From assembly GCA_049521775.1 (NCBI GenBank), contig JBEKOL010000001.1:67514-131513 (forward strand): 64,000 bases of DNA. Reading direction: 5' to 3'. The notes under the pieces are model-generated. The model was not told where the DNA came from. It saw only the letters and a list, made by a program, of their open reading frames with translations, and did not search any database. A program made the translations under genes and the position numbers. The stretch comes from Syntrophales bacterium (GTDB lineage Bacteria; Desulfobacterota; Syntrophia; Syntrophales; UBA2185). Below, one piece after another: positions 1 through 11,429 of this stretch (position 1 is the first letter of the stretch; each line of letters opens with the position of its first letter).

Positions 1-2895
1 TGCCATGGTCGTCATCATAATCGGCCGGAACCTGAGCAGGCATGCTTGATAGATGGCATCAACGGGGTTCTTGCCTTCCTTGCGCTCGGCATCAAGGGCA
101 AAATCCACCATCATGATGCCGTTCTTCTTCACGATGCCGATAAGGAGGATGATACCGATCAGGGCAATGACGCTGAACTCCGTGCGGCACATCATCAGGG
201 CAAGAAGCGCTCCCACCCCTGCGGAAGGCAGTGTGGAGAGGATCGTGATAGGGTGGATGTAACTCTCGTAGAGCACTCCTAGGACGATGTAAACTGTAAT
301 CAGCGCCGCGAGGATCAAGATGGGCTCATTAGCGAGCGATGATTGGAAGGCCTGGGCAGTGCCCTGGAAGTTCCCCCGGATGCTCGCCGGCATTCCAAGC
401 TTCTTCGTGGCTGAATCGATTGCCTTCACCGCATCCCCTAGGGACGCATCCGGCGCCAGATTGAAGGAGAGGTTTGTTGCCGGAAACTGCCCCTGATGGC
501 TGATGATAAGCGGACCCATAGTTTCCTTGAACTGGGTAAACGCGGCAAGGGGCACCTGTCCGCCGCCGGCGCTTCGGACATAGAGGTCGCCCAATTTTTC
601 GGGATGCACCTTGAATTCCGGTTTCACCTCAAGGATGACTCGATACTGGTTCAACTGTGTGAACATGGTTGATACCAGCCTCTGGCCATACGCGTCGTAG
701 AGTGTATCGTCGATAAGCTGCGGGGTAATTCCGAGGCGTGACGCCGTGCTCCTGTCAATCACAAGCGAAGCCTGCAGTCCCTGGTTCTGCTGATCGCTGC
801 TTACGTCGCGAAGTTCCGGAAGCTCATGCAGCGCGGCAACAAGTCTTGGAGTCCAGGAGCCGAGCTCGTCGGCATTCGGGTCTTCCAGGCTGTACTGGTA
901 CTGTGTGCGGCTTACGCGGCTTTCGACCGTGAGGTCCTGAACCGGCTGCATGTAGAGGTTTATTCCGTTGAGTTTCGCAAGTTCAGGTTGCAGGCGGCGA
1001 ATTATCTCACTGGCGCTCGCATCTCGTTGAGAGAGAGGTTTCAGGTTGATGAGGACGCGTCCGCTGTTCAGGGTCGTATTTGTTCCGTCCACCCCGATAA
1101 ACGTGGACAGGCCCTGCACGGCGGGGTCTCGGAGGATCGTCCGGGCGAGGGACTGCTGCCTCTCGGCCATTGCCCCAAAAGATGTCCACTGCGGCCCTTC
1201 CGAAATGCCGAGGATAAGCCCGGTATCCTGGACGGGAAAGAAACCTTTCGGTATGACAATATACAAGAGCACTGTAAAGACGAGGGTTGCCACTGCCACG
1301 ACGAGCGTTGCCGTCTGGCGCTGCAACACCCATTGCAGAGACCTGCCGTAGGCCGCGATTATCCGATCGAACATATGTTGTGATATCCGGTAGAGCCTCT
1401 TCTGTTGCTCCTCCGGTTTGTGCTTCAGTAATCTCGCACACATCATCGGCGTCAATGTGAGCGAAACGACTGCGGAGATCAGGATCGTAATGCCGAGGGT
1501 GATGGCAAACTCACGGAAAAGCCTCCCCACCACATCACTCATGAAGAGAAGCGGGATGAGAACGGCGACAAGTGAGATGGTCAGAGACACAATGGTGAAG
1601 GCAATCTGCTCCGAACCCTTGAGAGCCGCCTCAAGCGGGGATTCGCCCTGCTCTATGTACCGGGCAATATTTTCGATCATGACGATGGCGTCATCCACCA
1701 CGAAACCCGTCGCAATTGTGAGGGCCATCAGCGTGAGGTTGTTCAGGCTGAACCCCAAAAGATACATGATCCCGAAGGTGCCGACCAAAGAAAGCGGGAC
1801 GGCAACGCTCGGGATGGATGTTGCCGACAGGGTGCGGAGGAACAGAAAGATGACCATCACGACCAGGGCCACTGCCAGCATTAATTCGAACTCCACGTCT
1901 TTTACGGATGCACGGATTGTTGTCGTGCGGTCCGTAAGGATGGAAACCTGAACGGCGGAAGGAAGCGAGCTCTGCAATTGCGGCAGCAGCTTCTTGACGC
2001 GGTCGACGACCTCGATGACATTCGAGCCCGGTTGCCGCTGTATATTGACGATCACGGCAGGAGCATCATTCATCCATGCCGCGAGCTTTACGTTTTCCGC
2101 ATCGTCTATAGCATCGGCAACGTCGGAAAGTACCACGGGGGCATTATTGCGGTAGGCCACTACCAGAGTTTTGTACTCTTTGCTCGACAGGAGTTGGTCG
2201 TTAGCGCCGATAATGGAAGACTGCCGCAGTCCGTCAAAGCTTCCCTTTGCCTGATTTACATTTGCTGAGGCTATCGCCGCGCGCAGGTCCTCTAAAGTCA
2301 GGCCGTAGGCCGCCAAGGCCGTAGGGTTTGCCTGTATTCTGACAGCCGGTCTTTGCCCTCCGCTGATGCTGACAAGCCCCACACCGGAAAGCTGCGAGAT
2401 CTTTTGGGCGAGTCGTGTATCCGCAAGGTCCTCCACCTGCGGGAGAGGCAGCGTATCGGAAGTCAGAGCAAGGGTAAGTATCGGCGCATCAGCTGGATTG
2501 ACTTTACTATAGACTGGCGGGTTCGGAAGATCCGTCGGAAGGAAGGTGGCGGCTGCATTGATAGCCGCCTGCACTTGCTGTTCGGCAACGTCCAGACTGA
2601 GGTCAAGGGTGAACTGAAGTATAATGACAGAACTGCCGCCGGAACTCGTTGACGTCATCTGCCTGAGGCCAGGCATCTGGCCGAACTGACGCTCGAGGGG
2701 AGATGTTATGGATGAAGCGGTGACATCGGGGCTCGCACCGGGATAAAAGGTGAATACCTGGATGGTTGGATAATCCACCTGCGGCAAGGCGGAGACAGGC
2801 AATAGGCGGTATGCGACGAGGCCAGCCAGTAGAATAGCGATCATCAGCAGAGTAGTCGCGACGGGCCTCAGGATGAAAATTCGCGAAGGGTTCAT
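1..2895 (-). CDS. RND-family inner-membrane efflux permease (AcrB/MdtB-like), C-terminus cut by window edge
   Basis: Absent from the ORF track because it runs off the window. My minus-strand translation from the ATG at 2895-2893 gives [58 protein letters not shown]..., a canonical RND N-terminus. The same frame at bases 1-60 reads [20 protein letters not shown], a conserved RND C-proximal motif. Its ATGA start overlaps the stop of the adaptor gene. Plus-strand track ORFs at 46-2652 are antisense artefacts. Confidence 0.85.
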   Translation of the reverse strand, partial: MNPSRIFILRPVATTLLMIAILLAGLVAYRLLPVSALPQVDYPTIQVFTFYPGASPDVTASSITSPLERQFGQMPGLRQMTSTSSGGSSVIILQFTLDLSLDVAEQQVQAAINAAATFLPTDLPNPPVYSKVNPADAPILTLALTSDTLPLPQVEDLADTRLAQKISQLSGVGLVSISGGQRPAVRIQANPTALAAYGLTLEDLRAAIASANVNQAKGSFDGLRQSSIIGANDQLLSSKEYKTLVVAYRNNAPVVLSDVADAIDDAENVKLAAWMNDAPAVIVNIQRQPGSNVIEVVDRVKKLLPQLQSSLPSAVQVSILTDRTTTIRASVKDVEFELMLAVALVVMVIFLFLRTLSATSIPSVAVPLSLVGTFGIMYLLGFSLNNLTLMALTIATGFVVDDAIVMIENIARYIEQGESPLEAALKGSEQIAFTIVSLTISLVAVLIPLLFMSDVVGRLFREFAITLGITILISAVVSLTLTPMMCARLLKHKPEEQQKRLYRISQHMFDRIIAAYGRSLQWVLQRQTATLVVAVATLVFTVLLYIVIPKGFFPVQDTGLILGISEGPQWTSFGAMAERQQSLARTILRDPAVQGLSTFIGVDGTNTTLNSGRVLINLKPLSQRDASASEIIRRLQPELAKLNGINLYMQPVQDLTVESRVSRTQYQYSLEDPNADELGSWTPRLVAALHELPELRDVSSDQQNQGLQASLVIDRSTASRLGITPQLIDDTLYDAYGQRLVSTMFTQLNQYRVILEVKPEFKVHPEKLGDLYVRSAGGGQVPLAAFTQFKETMGPLIISHQGQFPATNLSFNLAPDASLGDAVKAIDSATKKLGMPASIRGNFQGTAQAFQSSLANEPILILAALITVYIVLGVLYESYIHPITILSTLPSAGVGALLALMMCRTEFSVIALIGIILLIGIVKKNGIMMVDFALDAERKEGKNPVDAIYQACLLRFRPIMMTTMA

Positions 2896-4115
2896 CACTT
2901 GCCTTTGCCGGAGCTGTTGGCGCCTTGACCCTGCAACTCAACCTTGTTGCCCTCCCGCAGCCTGTCCGCCCCTTCCACCACAACGAGCTCGCCCGGCGTC
3001 AGCCCCTCGTCGACGGAGACGTTATCACCATCAGCAGGGCCGACTTTGACCGCACGCACTGCCGCGGTTAGCTCCGGAGTCACCACGTAAACGAACGTCC
3101 CACGGGCGCTCTGTTGCAAGGCAGCCGTGGGCACCACGGTAGTTCCCTTCTTGATGCCGAGAAGCAGGCGTGCATTGACAAACTGGTTCGGGAAGAGCTC
3201 ATTGTTATTATTGGGAAACAGCGCCTTGAGCCGGACTGTGCCGGTAGTCGGATCGATCTGGTTATCAACCGTAAGCAGGTATCCCTCGGCAATTTTTTTT
3301 GTCTGCTCACGGTTGAGTGCGATAACCGGCATGCGCTCTCCGGACTTGAGCTTAGACAGCACTGGGGGAAGGTTGTCTTCGGCAATCGTGAAAATGACGG
3401 TTATGGGTTGCAGTTGCGTGATGACGGCGAGGCCGTTGGTATCGGTCGCGTGAACGATGTTACCGGGATCAACGAGACGCAACCCGATCCTGCCGCTGAC
3501 GGGTGCGGTGATGCGCGAGTAAACTATCTGCAGCTTGGCATTGTCGATCTGGCCCTGGTCGAACTTGACAGTTCCCTCAAGTTGCTGCACTAAAGACTTC
3601 TGTGTGTCATACTGCTGCTGGGCGATGGAATCCGTCGCAGCAAGGTCCTTGTAGCGCTGAAGGTCCAGTCTGGCATTTGCGAGAAGCGCCTGATCACGGA
3701 CCATCTGTCCCAAGGCTTGCGTAAGTTGTGCTTCATACGGGCGCGGGTCGATCTCTACGAGAAGAGCGCCTCTGTCCACGACCTGGCCCTCCTTGAACAA
3801 AACCTTCATCAACTGCCCATCGACACGGCTCCTCACGGTCACCGTATTGAGTGGCGTGACCGAACCGAGTCCGGTGAGGTAGATATTGATGTCGCCCTTT
3901 GCCGAAGTTGTCGTGACAACCGGCACAGCGCGCGCCGAAGGTGCAGTCCCTTGTTTATGTGTGACAGACGGCATCCGGCCCGAGTAGATAAAGTACACAT
4001 AAACCCCGATGGCGAGGAGACAAAGAGCCAGCAGCCAGACCCACGTTCGCCCGGAGAAAACCCGGAAAATTTTCTTGAATAAGACACTCTTTTCCGCTTC
4101 CTTATCAATCATCAC
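2895..4115 (-). CDS. RND efflux periplasmic adaptor (membrane-fusion protein, HlyD/AcrA/MdtA family)
   Basis: 406-aa ORF with an N-terminal TM helix ([20 protein letters not shown]). It shows the coiled-coil, lipoyl and beta-barrel pattern, including [18 protein letters not shown]. It sits directly upstream of, and overlaps, the permease gene. Confidence 0.85.
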   Translation of the reverse strand: MMIDKEAEKSVLFKKIFRVFSGRTWVWLLALCLLAIGVYVYFIYSGRMPSVTHKQGTAPSARAVPVVTTTSAKGDINIYLTGLGSVTPLNTVTVRSRVDGQLMKVLFKEGQVVDRGALLVEIDPRPYEAQLTQALGQMVRDQALLANARLDLQRYKDLAATDSIAQQQYDTQKSLVQQLEGTVKFDQGQIDNAKLQIVYSRITAPVSGRIGLRLVDPGNIVHATDTNGLAVITQLQPITVIFTIAEDNLPPVLSKLKSGERMPVIALNREQTKKIAEGYLLTVDNQIDPTTGTVRLKALFPNNNNELFPNQFVNARLLLGIKKGTTVVPTAALQQSARGTFVYVVTPELTAAVRAVKVGPADGDNVSVDEGLTPGELVVVEGADRLREGNKVELQGQGANSSGKGK

Positions 4116-5259
4116 GTGATAACCTCTTATCGTCTGTATTCTTTTTTCATCAAGTCATTGCAAGCGAACTGGAACAATTTTAAAGCGTGAAGATGCTGTT
4201 CATCCGGCGGAAGGGAATTAAGAAAAGGACGTTACTGAATCGCCCCTTGTTCCCAACCTATTCATCTTTATTACAAGAAAGAGAAAAGCTAAAGAGTTTC
4301 ATAAACAATTAACATCTTGAAGATATAATTATCAAGGAAAATTGTATGTTGTCATTCATCGGAGTCACAGCTATTTTCATCCATCTGCATGCCCCACAGC
4401 TCGTTGAAGCGCATACACTTTCTTTAGAACGGCAGCAAAAGGCTGATAAGAACAATATAAGACTTCATCACGGGGTATTCCAGTTTTTCGACAACCTCCT
4501 AGACGCCTTTTGCTACTCTGACGGGAATTGGCCGTCATAATGACAGTGATAACCTCAGGACAAGGCATACCTTCTATATGGCCTCTTATCAAGTTTCAAA
4601 ATATGTTCCGCCGTGAGAAATTTACGACATTTGATCTGCGCCTTTTTGTCAAATAATTGCTTGCGAAAATTGCTCAACACGACAACGGCCGCCGAGCAGA
4701 GACAGCCGCAAGAATCGTGACTATTCTTTTTCTGTGCTTATCTTCTTTAGTAAAGTATCGCCTATGTTCAGCAAGAAATATACCGGACGGGGCGATGAAC
4801 GACAAATATGCCAAATTAAAACAATTTTCTGTAGTTGGTGTTGGGTTGATCTTAGCAAAAGTGGATAAAAAGTATCCGGCTTACGGTATCCAGTAGATTA
4901 AAAAGTATCCAGGGCGATTGCTCAATTAAAACAGACCCTTTACTTGAGTGATCAGAGAAAGTCGATGCCGACAGTTCTGTGCGTCTGGAAGCAATGTCAC
5001 GGTCGTAAAAAGTGTAAATATGTAAATCAAGGTCATCATCCCCATGCTCTTCAGTATTCTATCTCTGAATTCAACCTGCTTGGTCGGGATTCATTCATTC
5101 CCTGCATATGTACAGACTAAATCTTGTTACTTTCCAGATTTATATTGTATATTTATTACAAGAATATCTGCTTGGTTCAGCCAGAAATCAAAATGATAAA
5201 GGCTCAACAAGCAGAAAGTCGTGTCTTGTTTTGAGTCGATTAGTGCTTGCATTAACAAG

Positions 5260-5268
5260 TGGTATAAT
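5260..5268 (+). promoter_or_regulatory. Candidate extended -10 promoter (TGgTATAAT) for the liv operon
   Basis: TGGTATAAT lies about 43 nt upstream of the livK-like ATG at 5311. There is no good -35, which an extended -10 can tolerate. Confidence 0.35.
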
Positions 5269-5310
5269 TTAAATAACGCAATCACAGCGCATCTCCATGA
5301 GGAGGATAGT

Positions 5311-6444
5311 ATGACAATGCGTTTCACAAGTATCTTGCTTGTCTCAATTATAGCGATCACGTGCCTGAATTTTACGATGCCTGCCCCAATCCCGGCTGCG
5401 GATACCATCAAGCTGGGGGTCGCCGTCCCGCTCAGCGGCGATCTGGCTTCCTACGGTATCCCCAGTGCCAGGGCTGCGGAACTGGTAGCAAAAGACATCA
5501 ATGAAAAAGGAGGCATCCTCGGTAGGAAAGTTGAGGTTCTCGCTGAGGACGATGTCTGCAAACCTGAGGTCGCCACAAACGCCGCGACGAAACTTGTCTC
5601 TGAAGGAGTTAATGTAGTTCTCGGACACATCTGCAGTGGGGCCACCAAGTCAGCCCTGGGCATTTATAGAGAAGGAAATGTAATCGCGATGTCACCATCT
5701 GCCACAAATACGGAACTGACATTAAGCGGCAGGTATCCCAATTTTTACCGGACAATCGGTTACGATAAGAACCAGGCAAAGCTGGCGGTGGATTTTGTCG
5801 TCAAGAACCTTAATCTGAAGAAGATAGCGATTCTGCATGATAAAGGCGACTACGGCAAGGGATTCGCGGAAAACGTGAAGAAGAATATCGAGGATTCGAA
5901 AAAAGCCCAGGTCGTCCTCTTTGAGGGAATCACCCAGGGTGCTGTTGACTACTCCGCCGTAGTTCAGAAAATTAAGCAATCCGGTGCAGAAGCCGTTATG
6001 TACGGCGGTTATCACCCGGAGGCCGCCTCGATAGTCACGCAGATGCGCAAGAAAGGTTTGAAGGCACTCCTTATTTCCGATGACGGCGTCAAGGACAACA
6101 CCTTCATCAAGGTAGCTGGAAAATATGCGGAGGGGGTCTATGCGACGAGCCATAAAGACACATCGAAAAACCCCCTGGCCATCGCCGCCGTAGAGGCGCA
6201 TAGAAAGACATACGGCTCTGAGCCCGGCGCCTTCTTCCTGAATGGCTACGCAGGTGCGCAGGCGCTTTTGTATGCTATTAAGAATGCCGGTTCTACAGAT
6301 TACGAAAAGATAAGAAAAGCCCTCCGCACCTATAATGTGGATACCCCTCTCGGAAAAATTAGATTTGATAATAAAGGAGATGCCATCGGCGTTGGATTTT
6401 CCGTGTACCAGGTCAAGAACGGGGCTTATGTAGAAATAAAATAG
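5311..6444 (+). CDS. livK: Branched-chain amino-acid ABC transporter substrate-binding protein (LivJ/LivK family)
   Basis: Track ORF 5221-6444. I prefer the ATG at 5311, which follows a GGAGGA Shine-Dalgarno at 5300-5305. Signal peptide MTMRFTSILLVSIIAITCLNFTMPAPIPAA. Type-I periplasmic binding fold motifs (IKLGVAVPLSGDLASYG, VLGHICSGAT). Followed by livHMGF. Confidence 0.9.
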   Translation: MTMRFTSILLVSIIAITCLNFTMPAPIPAADTIKLGVAVPLSGDLASYGIPSARAAELVAKDINEKGGILGRKVEVLAEDDVCKPEVATNAATKLVSEGVNVVLGHICSGATKSALGIYREGNVIAMSPSATNTELTLSGRYPNFYRTIGYDKNQAKLAVDFVVKNLNLKKIAILHDKGDYGKGFAENVKKNIEDSKKAQVVLFEGITQGAVDYSAVVQKIKQSGAEAVMYGGYHPEAASIVTQMRKKGLKALLISDDGVKDNTFIKVAGKYAEGVYATSHKDTSKNPLAIAAVEAHRKTYGSEPGAFFLNGYAGAQALLYAIKNAGSTDYEKIRKALRTYNVDTPLGKIRFDNKGDAIGVGFSVYQVKNGAYVEIK

Positions 6445-6631
6445 ATTTGTCTGTCTGAGGAGCCACACTGTCATAAAGCTTTTTATCGATATCGTAGCAA
6501 TAGCCCCGCCCTCAATCCCTCCCGCCAGGAGAGCGAAGTCCAGTAAGCTTGAGCCCACATCCTTGCCACAGCGGGAGAAAGAAATGCAGCTCTGAGACTC
6601 TTCAACAGTAAAACATAAAAAAGGAGAAGGT

Positions 6632-6949
6632 ATGATCTTAACAGCCAATAAAGGTAAGAGAAGAAGTTTTCTGGGCGTAGATTTTTTGGTTCTATCCCAT
6701 GGGCAGGATACTATGATAACTAAAATGCTATACAAGAAGGAGGATCATGTCCCATTTCATAAGCATCCGAACGAACAAAGCGGATACGTGATATCAGGAA
6801 AATACAGAATCCGATTTGGCAGTTACGATCAGATTATAGGACAGGGAGATACATATTCGATCCCTAAGAATGTTGAACACAAGATAGAAATAATCGAAAC
6901 TGGCGAAGTGTTGGACTTCTTCTGTCCGCCAAGGGCAGATTATTTGTAA
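6632..6949 (+). CDS. Cupin-domain protein
   Basis: 105-aa ORF with an AAGGAGAAGG RBS. Cupin motifs are HKHPNEQSGYVISG and GDTYSIPKNVEH. Confidence 0.75.
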   Translation: MILTANKGKRRSFLGVDFLVLSHGQDTMITKMLYKKEDHVPFHKHPNEQSGYVISGKYRIRFGSYDQIIGQGDTYSIPKNVEHKIEIIETGEVLDFFCPPRADYL

Positions 6950-7034
6950 CTTCTGAGAGCCCGCTGCATCGAGCGGGATTCGCGCAGTATATCTCGGCAT
7001 TAGAAGACATTGTCATTTACAGCGTTTTATTAAG

Positions 7035-7937
7035 ATGAATTATTTTTTCGAACTTCTCATCGGCGGGCTCACGCGAGGCAGCATCTATGCCCTCATTGCC
7101 CTGGGCTACACCATGGTCTATGGCATCATTGAACTGATAAATTTTGCCCATGGTGAGATATATATGATCGGCGCCTTTACAGCCCTGATTGTTGCGAGTG
7201 CCCTCGCCATGTCGGGGATGAGCAGCCTTTCTGTCCTGATCCTTGCATCGGTCGTCGCTGTAATCTACTCCGCCGCCTACGGCTTCACCGTGGAGAAAGT
7301 CGCCTACAAGCCTCTCCGCCAGGCTCCTCGTCTTTCGCCCCTGATCAGCGCCATCGGCATGTCTATCTTTCTTCAGAATTATGTTCTTCTGGCCCAGACC
7401 TCAGACTTCCTCCCCTTCCCCAATCTTCTGCCCGATCTCCCCTTCATGGCGCCTTACGCCGGTTTCATAGGCTCAACGGAATTTATCATTATTACGACGA
7501 CGACGGTTATTATGATTCTCCTAACCCTGTTGATCAAATTCACGAGAATGGGGAAAGCCATGCGGGCTACGGCACAGGACAGGAACATGGCCATGCTTGT
7601 GGGCGTTAACGTGAATCGTGTGATCTCCAGCACCTTTATTATCGGCTCGGCATTGGCCGCTGTCGGAGGGGTGTTGATTGCTTCCCACGTGGGACGGATT
7701 AACTTCTACATCGGATTTCTTGCGGGGATCAAAGCCTTTACCGCCGCGGTTCTGGGAGGGATCGGCAGCATCCCCGGCGCGGTTCTGGGTGCCCTGGTAC
7801 TGGGTTGCACGGAGAGTTTCGCCACGGGTTACGTATCCAGTGATTACGAAGACGTATTTGCCTTTGTCCTTCTTATCTTTATTTTGATAATCAAGCCTTC
7901 AGGACTTTTAGGCCATAAAGCAACTCAGAAGGTATGA
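7035..7937 (+). CDS. livH: Branched-chain amino-acid ABC transporter permease LivH
   Basis: 300-aa polytopic membrane ORF with a LivH-type N-terminus (LIGGLTRGSIYALIALGYTMVYGIIELINFAHGE). Its stop overlaps the next permease gene. Confidence 0.9.
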   Translation: MNYFFELLIGGLTRGSIYALIALGYTMVYGIIELINFAHGEIYMIGAFTALIVASALAMSGMSSLSVLILASVVAVIYSAAYGFTVEKVAYKPLRQAPRLSPLISAIGMSIFLQNYVLLAQTSDFLPFPNLLPDLPFMAPYAGFIGSTEFIIITTTTVIMILLTLLIKFTRMGKAMRATAQDRNMAMLVGVNVNRVISSTFIIGSALAAVGGVLIASHVGRINFYIGFLAGIKAFTAAVLGGIGSIPGAVLGALVLGCTESFATGYVSSDYEDVFAFVLLIFILIIKPSGLLGHKATQKV

Positions 7938-9163
7938 GTACGTTGAACAACACAAAATACATGGAAGGTATGAAACAATCCGTCATCGTTTCGTTGTGGT
8001 TCATGTTTCTCACCTTCCCCATCATGGTAATCCGGGTCAATACTATTGAGAACGTCATCGAATGGCGCTGGATGAATATGATTTATGTCGGCGCCGGCAG
8101 TTTTATCCTTTTCTTCGTCTGGCGCTATCTGTCAGGAAAAGGCATAAGCAAAAGGAAGGATAACAACGCTGCACGGGCGGAACACCGCTCTTACCTGCAA
8201 CGCCTCGTTAGCGAGAAAAAGCTGTCTCTCCCCGCGCTTGGAATTGTGGCGGTCGTCGTTGTCTTCTTCCCCTTTGTCTCATCCATTTACCAGACAAATA
8301 TAATGACCACTGCCCTCATGTATATTGTTCTGGGCCTCGGTCTTAATATCGTCGTGGGTCAAGCTGGTCTTTTGAATTTGGGCTACGTAGCCTTCTATGC
8401 AGCAGGCGCATATACGTATGCCCTTCTGCACCAGCATTTCGGAGTTGGTTTCTGGCTGGCCTTGCCCCTGGGCGCCCTTGCAGCTACTATACTGGGCGTC
8501 CTCCTCGCTTTGCCGGTGCTGCGGCTTCAAGGAGATTATCTGGCTATCGTAACTTTAGGTTTTGGTGAAATCACCAGGTTGGTTTTGGAAAACTGGAACG
8601 AGTTCTCCTTCGGCCCCAGCGGCATCTCCGGGATCCCGCGGCCCGGCCTTTTCGGCATGGAGATGGGCATGCACGATGCCACAGTATATATGTATTTTCT
8701 CATGATACTCCTCTGCATCATCACAATTTTTGTCGTGAACCGCCTGCAGGATTCGCGGATAGGGCGGGCGCTTCTTGCCCTCCGGGAGGATGAAATCGCT
8801 TGCCAGGCCATGGGTATTGATAAGACCAGGGTCAAACTGACAGCATTTGCCTTGGGTTCTACATGGGCTGGCCTTGTCGGTGTCATTTTCGCTGCGAAGA
8901 CAACTTTCGTCAACCCTGCAAGCTTCACCTTTCTCGAATCAGCCATGATCCTCTCCATTGTCGTGCTGGGAGGAATGGGCTCCATCATAGGCATCGTTAT
9001 CGGCGCCCTCGTTCTAATCCTTCTTCCGGAATACCTCCGTGCCTTCAGTGATTACCGGATGCTGCTTTTCGGAACCATTATGGTGATCATGATGATCTTC
9101 CGTCCCCAGGGGATTGTAGAGGGCGTCCGCAAGACCTACGAATTTCACACGGAGGAAAAATAA
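7934..9163 (+). CDS. livM: Branched-chain amino-acid ABC transporter permease LivM
   Basis: 409-aa membrane ORF with LivM-type motifs (GLGLNIVVGQAGLLNLGYVAFYAAGAY, LREDEIACQAMGI). ATGA overlap with livH. Confidence 0.9.
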   Translation: MSTLNNTKYMEGMKQSVIVSLWFMFLTFPIMVIRVNTIENVIEWRWMNMIYVGAGSFILFFVWRYLSGKGISKRKDNNAARAEHRSYLQRLVSEKKLSLPALGIVAVVVVFFPFVSSIYQTNIMTTALMYIVLGLGLNIVVGQAGLLNLGYVAFYAAGAYTYALLHQHFGVGFWLALPLGALAATILGVLLALPVLRLQGDYLAIVTLGFGEITRLVLENWNEFSFGPSGISGIPRPGLFGMEMGMHDATVYMYFLMILLCIITIFVVNRLQDSRIGRALLALREDEIACQAMGIDKTRVKLTAFALGSTWAGLVGVIFAAKTTFVNPASFTFLESAMILSIVVLGGMGSIIGIVIGALVLILLPEYLRAFSDYRMLLFGTIMVIMMIFRPQGIVEGVRKTYEFHTEEK

Positions 9164-9220
9164 AAAGGATTTTTAATTCTTATCGTCAGTCCCGTGCATG
9201 CGGTAACCAGAAATTAAATT

Positions 9221-10009
9221 ATGAAACCCATACTTGAAGCAAGAAACCTCAGCATGAATTTCGGCGGTCTGAAGGCATTGGACCGTCTTGATATAGATGT
9301 CCTGCCCGGACAGATTACGGCCCTTATCGGTCCCAACGGTGCTGGTAAGACAACCTTCTTTAATTGCATTACCGGCATTTACTCTCCCACGGGGGGCGAT
9401 ATCTTCATTACCCCTCCGGGCGGCAGGCAGGAGAGGATCACCGGTCTCAACATTCACAGGGTGACGGAAAGCGGCGTTGCCAGGACATTTCAGAATATAC
9501 GCATCTTCTCTGACATGACGGTTCTGGAAAATGTAATGATCGGTCGTCACTGCCGCACGAATTCAGGTGTCCTTGGCGCCATCCTCAGGGGCAAGGGCAC
9601 AATGACGGAAGAAAAGGCCATTGTTGCCAGAAGCTATGAGATACTGAAAAAGATCGGCCTCACGGAGCACGTAAATCTGCTGGCCAGAAAACTCCCCTAC
9701 GGCGCTCAACGCCGCCTTGAGATCGCAAGGGCAATGGCGACCGATCCCTTCCTGCTCCTCCTCGATGAGCCCGCCGCTGGAATGAATCCCCAGGAAACAA
9801 AAGACCTGGAGGCGTTGATTATCAGCATCCGCGACGAATGGGAAATATCCGTCTTTCTTATTGAGCACGATATGAAACTGGTCATGGGACTTTCGGACTC
9901 TGTCTACGTCATGGACTACGGCGAGATGATTGCCCGCGGGACACCGCAGGAAATCAGGCAGAACCCGGAGGTGATAAAGGCATATTTGGGAGAAGACGTC
10001 AGTGCTTAA
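9221..10009 (+). CDS. livG: Branched-chain amino-acid ABC transporter ATP-binding protein LivG
   Basis: Walker A GPNGAGKTT, ABC signature LPYGAQRRLEIARA and Walker B LLLLDEPAAG. N-terminus LEARNLSMNFGGLKAL. Confidence 0.9.
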   Translation: MKPILEARNLSMNFGGLKALDRLDIDVLPGQITALIGPNGAGKTTFFNCITGIYSPTGGDIFITPPGGRQERITGLNIHRVTESGVARTFQNIRIFSDMTVLENVMIGRHCRTNSGVLGAILRGKGTMTEEKAIVARSYEILKKIGLTEHVNLLARKLPYGAQRRLEIARAMATDPFLLLLDEPAAGMNPQETKDLEALIISIRDEWEISVFLIEHDMKLVMGLSDSVYVMDYGEMIARGTPQEIRQNPEVIKAYLGEDVSA

Positions 10010-10709
10010 GCTCTCCAACGTCCAGACTTTTTACGGCAACGTCCAGGTATTGAAAGATCTCTCTATAGAAGTATCCCAGGAAGAGATCATCACCCTGATA
10101 GGCGCGAACGGTGCCGGCAAGACAACAACCCTCATGTCCATCTCCGGCATTGTGCCTCCGAGGGCCGGTGAGATTCTGTTTGACGACAAACCGATCCAGA
10201 ACTTGAGTCCGGATGATATCGTCGCAGCGGGAATTTCTCTCGTACCTGAGGGCCGCCGCATATTCCCCCGCCTTACGGTCATGGAAAATCTGGACATGGG
10301 GGCGTTTCTCCGCAGAGATAAGGCAGACATAAAGAAAGACGTGAATCATGTTTTCGAACTGTTCCCTATCCTCGCGGAAAGGCGCCATCAACACGGCGGC
10401 ACTCTGAGCGGGGGGGAACAGCAGATGCTGGCGATCTCACGGGCAATTATGGCAAGACCGCGCCTGCTCCTTCTCGACGAGCCATCCTTAGGCCTCGGTC
10501 CAATTTTTGTCAAACTGATTTTTGACATCATCAGAAAAATCAATACGGAAAGCAGAACCACAATTTTCCTGGTGGAACAGAACGCCCACATGGCCCTCAA
10601 GGTCGCCCACCGCGGCTACGTCATGGAAAACGGACGTATCACCCTAGAGGGTTCTGCCGATGCACTTCTCCACAACGAGAATGTGAAAAAGGCCTATCTG
10701 GGAATATGA
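10002..10709 (+). CDS. livF: Branched-chain amino-acid ABC transporter ATP-binding protein LivF
   Basis: Walker A GANGAGKTT, signature LSGGEQQMLAISRA and Walker B LLLLDEPSLGL. Overlaps the livG stop. Confidence 0.9.
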   Translation: MLKLSNVQTFYGNVQVLKDLSIEVSQEEIITLIGANGAGKTTTLMSISGIVPPRAGEILFDDKPIQNLSPDDIVAAGISLVPEGRRIFPRLTVMENLDMGAFLRRDKADIKKDVNHVFELFPILAERRHQHGGTLSGGEQQMLAISRAIMARPRLLLLDEPSLGLGPIFVKLIFDIIRKINTESRTTIFLVEQNAHMALKVAHRGYVMENGRITLEGSADALLHNENVKKAYLGI

Positions 10710-10718
10710 TACGGCAAC

Positions 10719-11429
10719 CTATTTTAGCTTCTTTTCTATCTCCCTCCAATTCTCTACGACTTCTGCATCTTCCACGGAATCAAAACTGAAGGCAAGCGGC
10801 TTAAACATCTCGGCAGATTCAATCACCTCCGGCCCTCCAATTATCGCCTTAATCTGCAAATCCCTTTCCCTGATGTCCCTGAATACTTCACCCTGACCCC
10901 AGGACAGCACGGGCGCAACAGGGAAATTATTTTTCTTCAGCCATGACCTTAAAGCTCCCACACTCAGAATACCTTTTTGGAGATAGACTATGGGAAATCT
11001 CTTCTGAATTTTTATTATGGCCTTTCTGCTTTCCGGTTTTTCTTTTTCTCCAAAAGGTCCTTCCAGTAAGGAGCCAGCAACATCGATAAAGACTATCCGC
11101 ATTTTTTTCTCCAGTGCCAGGAGTACGCCGCTATCCTTGTCATCGCCGGATCTCACGTTTATTTTGTGGAGACCTGTTCTTGCCGGGATAAATCCTTTGA
11201 CGGCAAATCCGTCTCTGCCCGAAAGGTTCTTGCCGATAGACCTCCCATCAACGATAAACTCCACAACCTCCCCGCCCTTGCTGAGCAACGTTCCCCTTGT
11301 CTCGGCCCTGAGCATGACTTCCCGGTCCTTCAGAGTCACCTCATCATAGACTAAGACCCTTGATATCGCCGCATCTGGACATATACCGAAGAGAGAAGCA
11401 GATAAAATGAAAGCTAAGAGAATTCTCAT
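10719..11429 (-). CDS. Secreted hypothetical protein
   Basis: 236-aa ORF with a signal peptide (MRILLAFILSASLFGICPDAA). I recognise no catalytic motif. The C-terminal half loosely resembles a HAD/LNS2-type fold, but the nucleophile motif is not intact (FIDVAGS). Confidence 0.55.
   Translation of the reverse strand: MRILLAFILSASLFGICPDAAISRVLVYDEVTLKDREVMLRAETRGTLLSKGGEVVEFIVDGRSIGKNLSGRDGFAVKGFIPARTGLHKINVRSGDDKDSGVLLALEKKMRIVFIDVAGSLLEGPFGEKEKPESRKAIIKIQKRFPIVYLQKGILSVGALRSWLKKNNFPVAPVLSWGQGEVFRDIRERDLQIKAIIGGPEVIESAEMFKPLAFSFDSVEDAEVVENWREIEKKLK

Noticed and set aside
46-2652. Series of plus-strand track ORFs (78-185 aa) across the first 2.6 kb
   Set aside because: They are antisense to a continuous minus-strand frame that translates into a conserved RND permease from N-terminus to window edge. 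They contain no motifs of their own.
5722-6735. 337-aa minus-strand ORF opposite livK
   Set aside because: It fully overlaps a strongly supported binding-protein gene on the other strand. Its sequence is low-complexity-like with no motifs, so it is most likely a chance antisense ORF.
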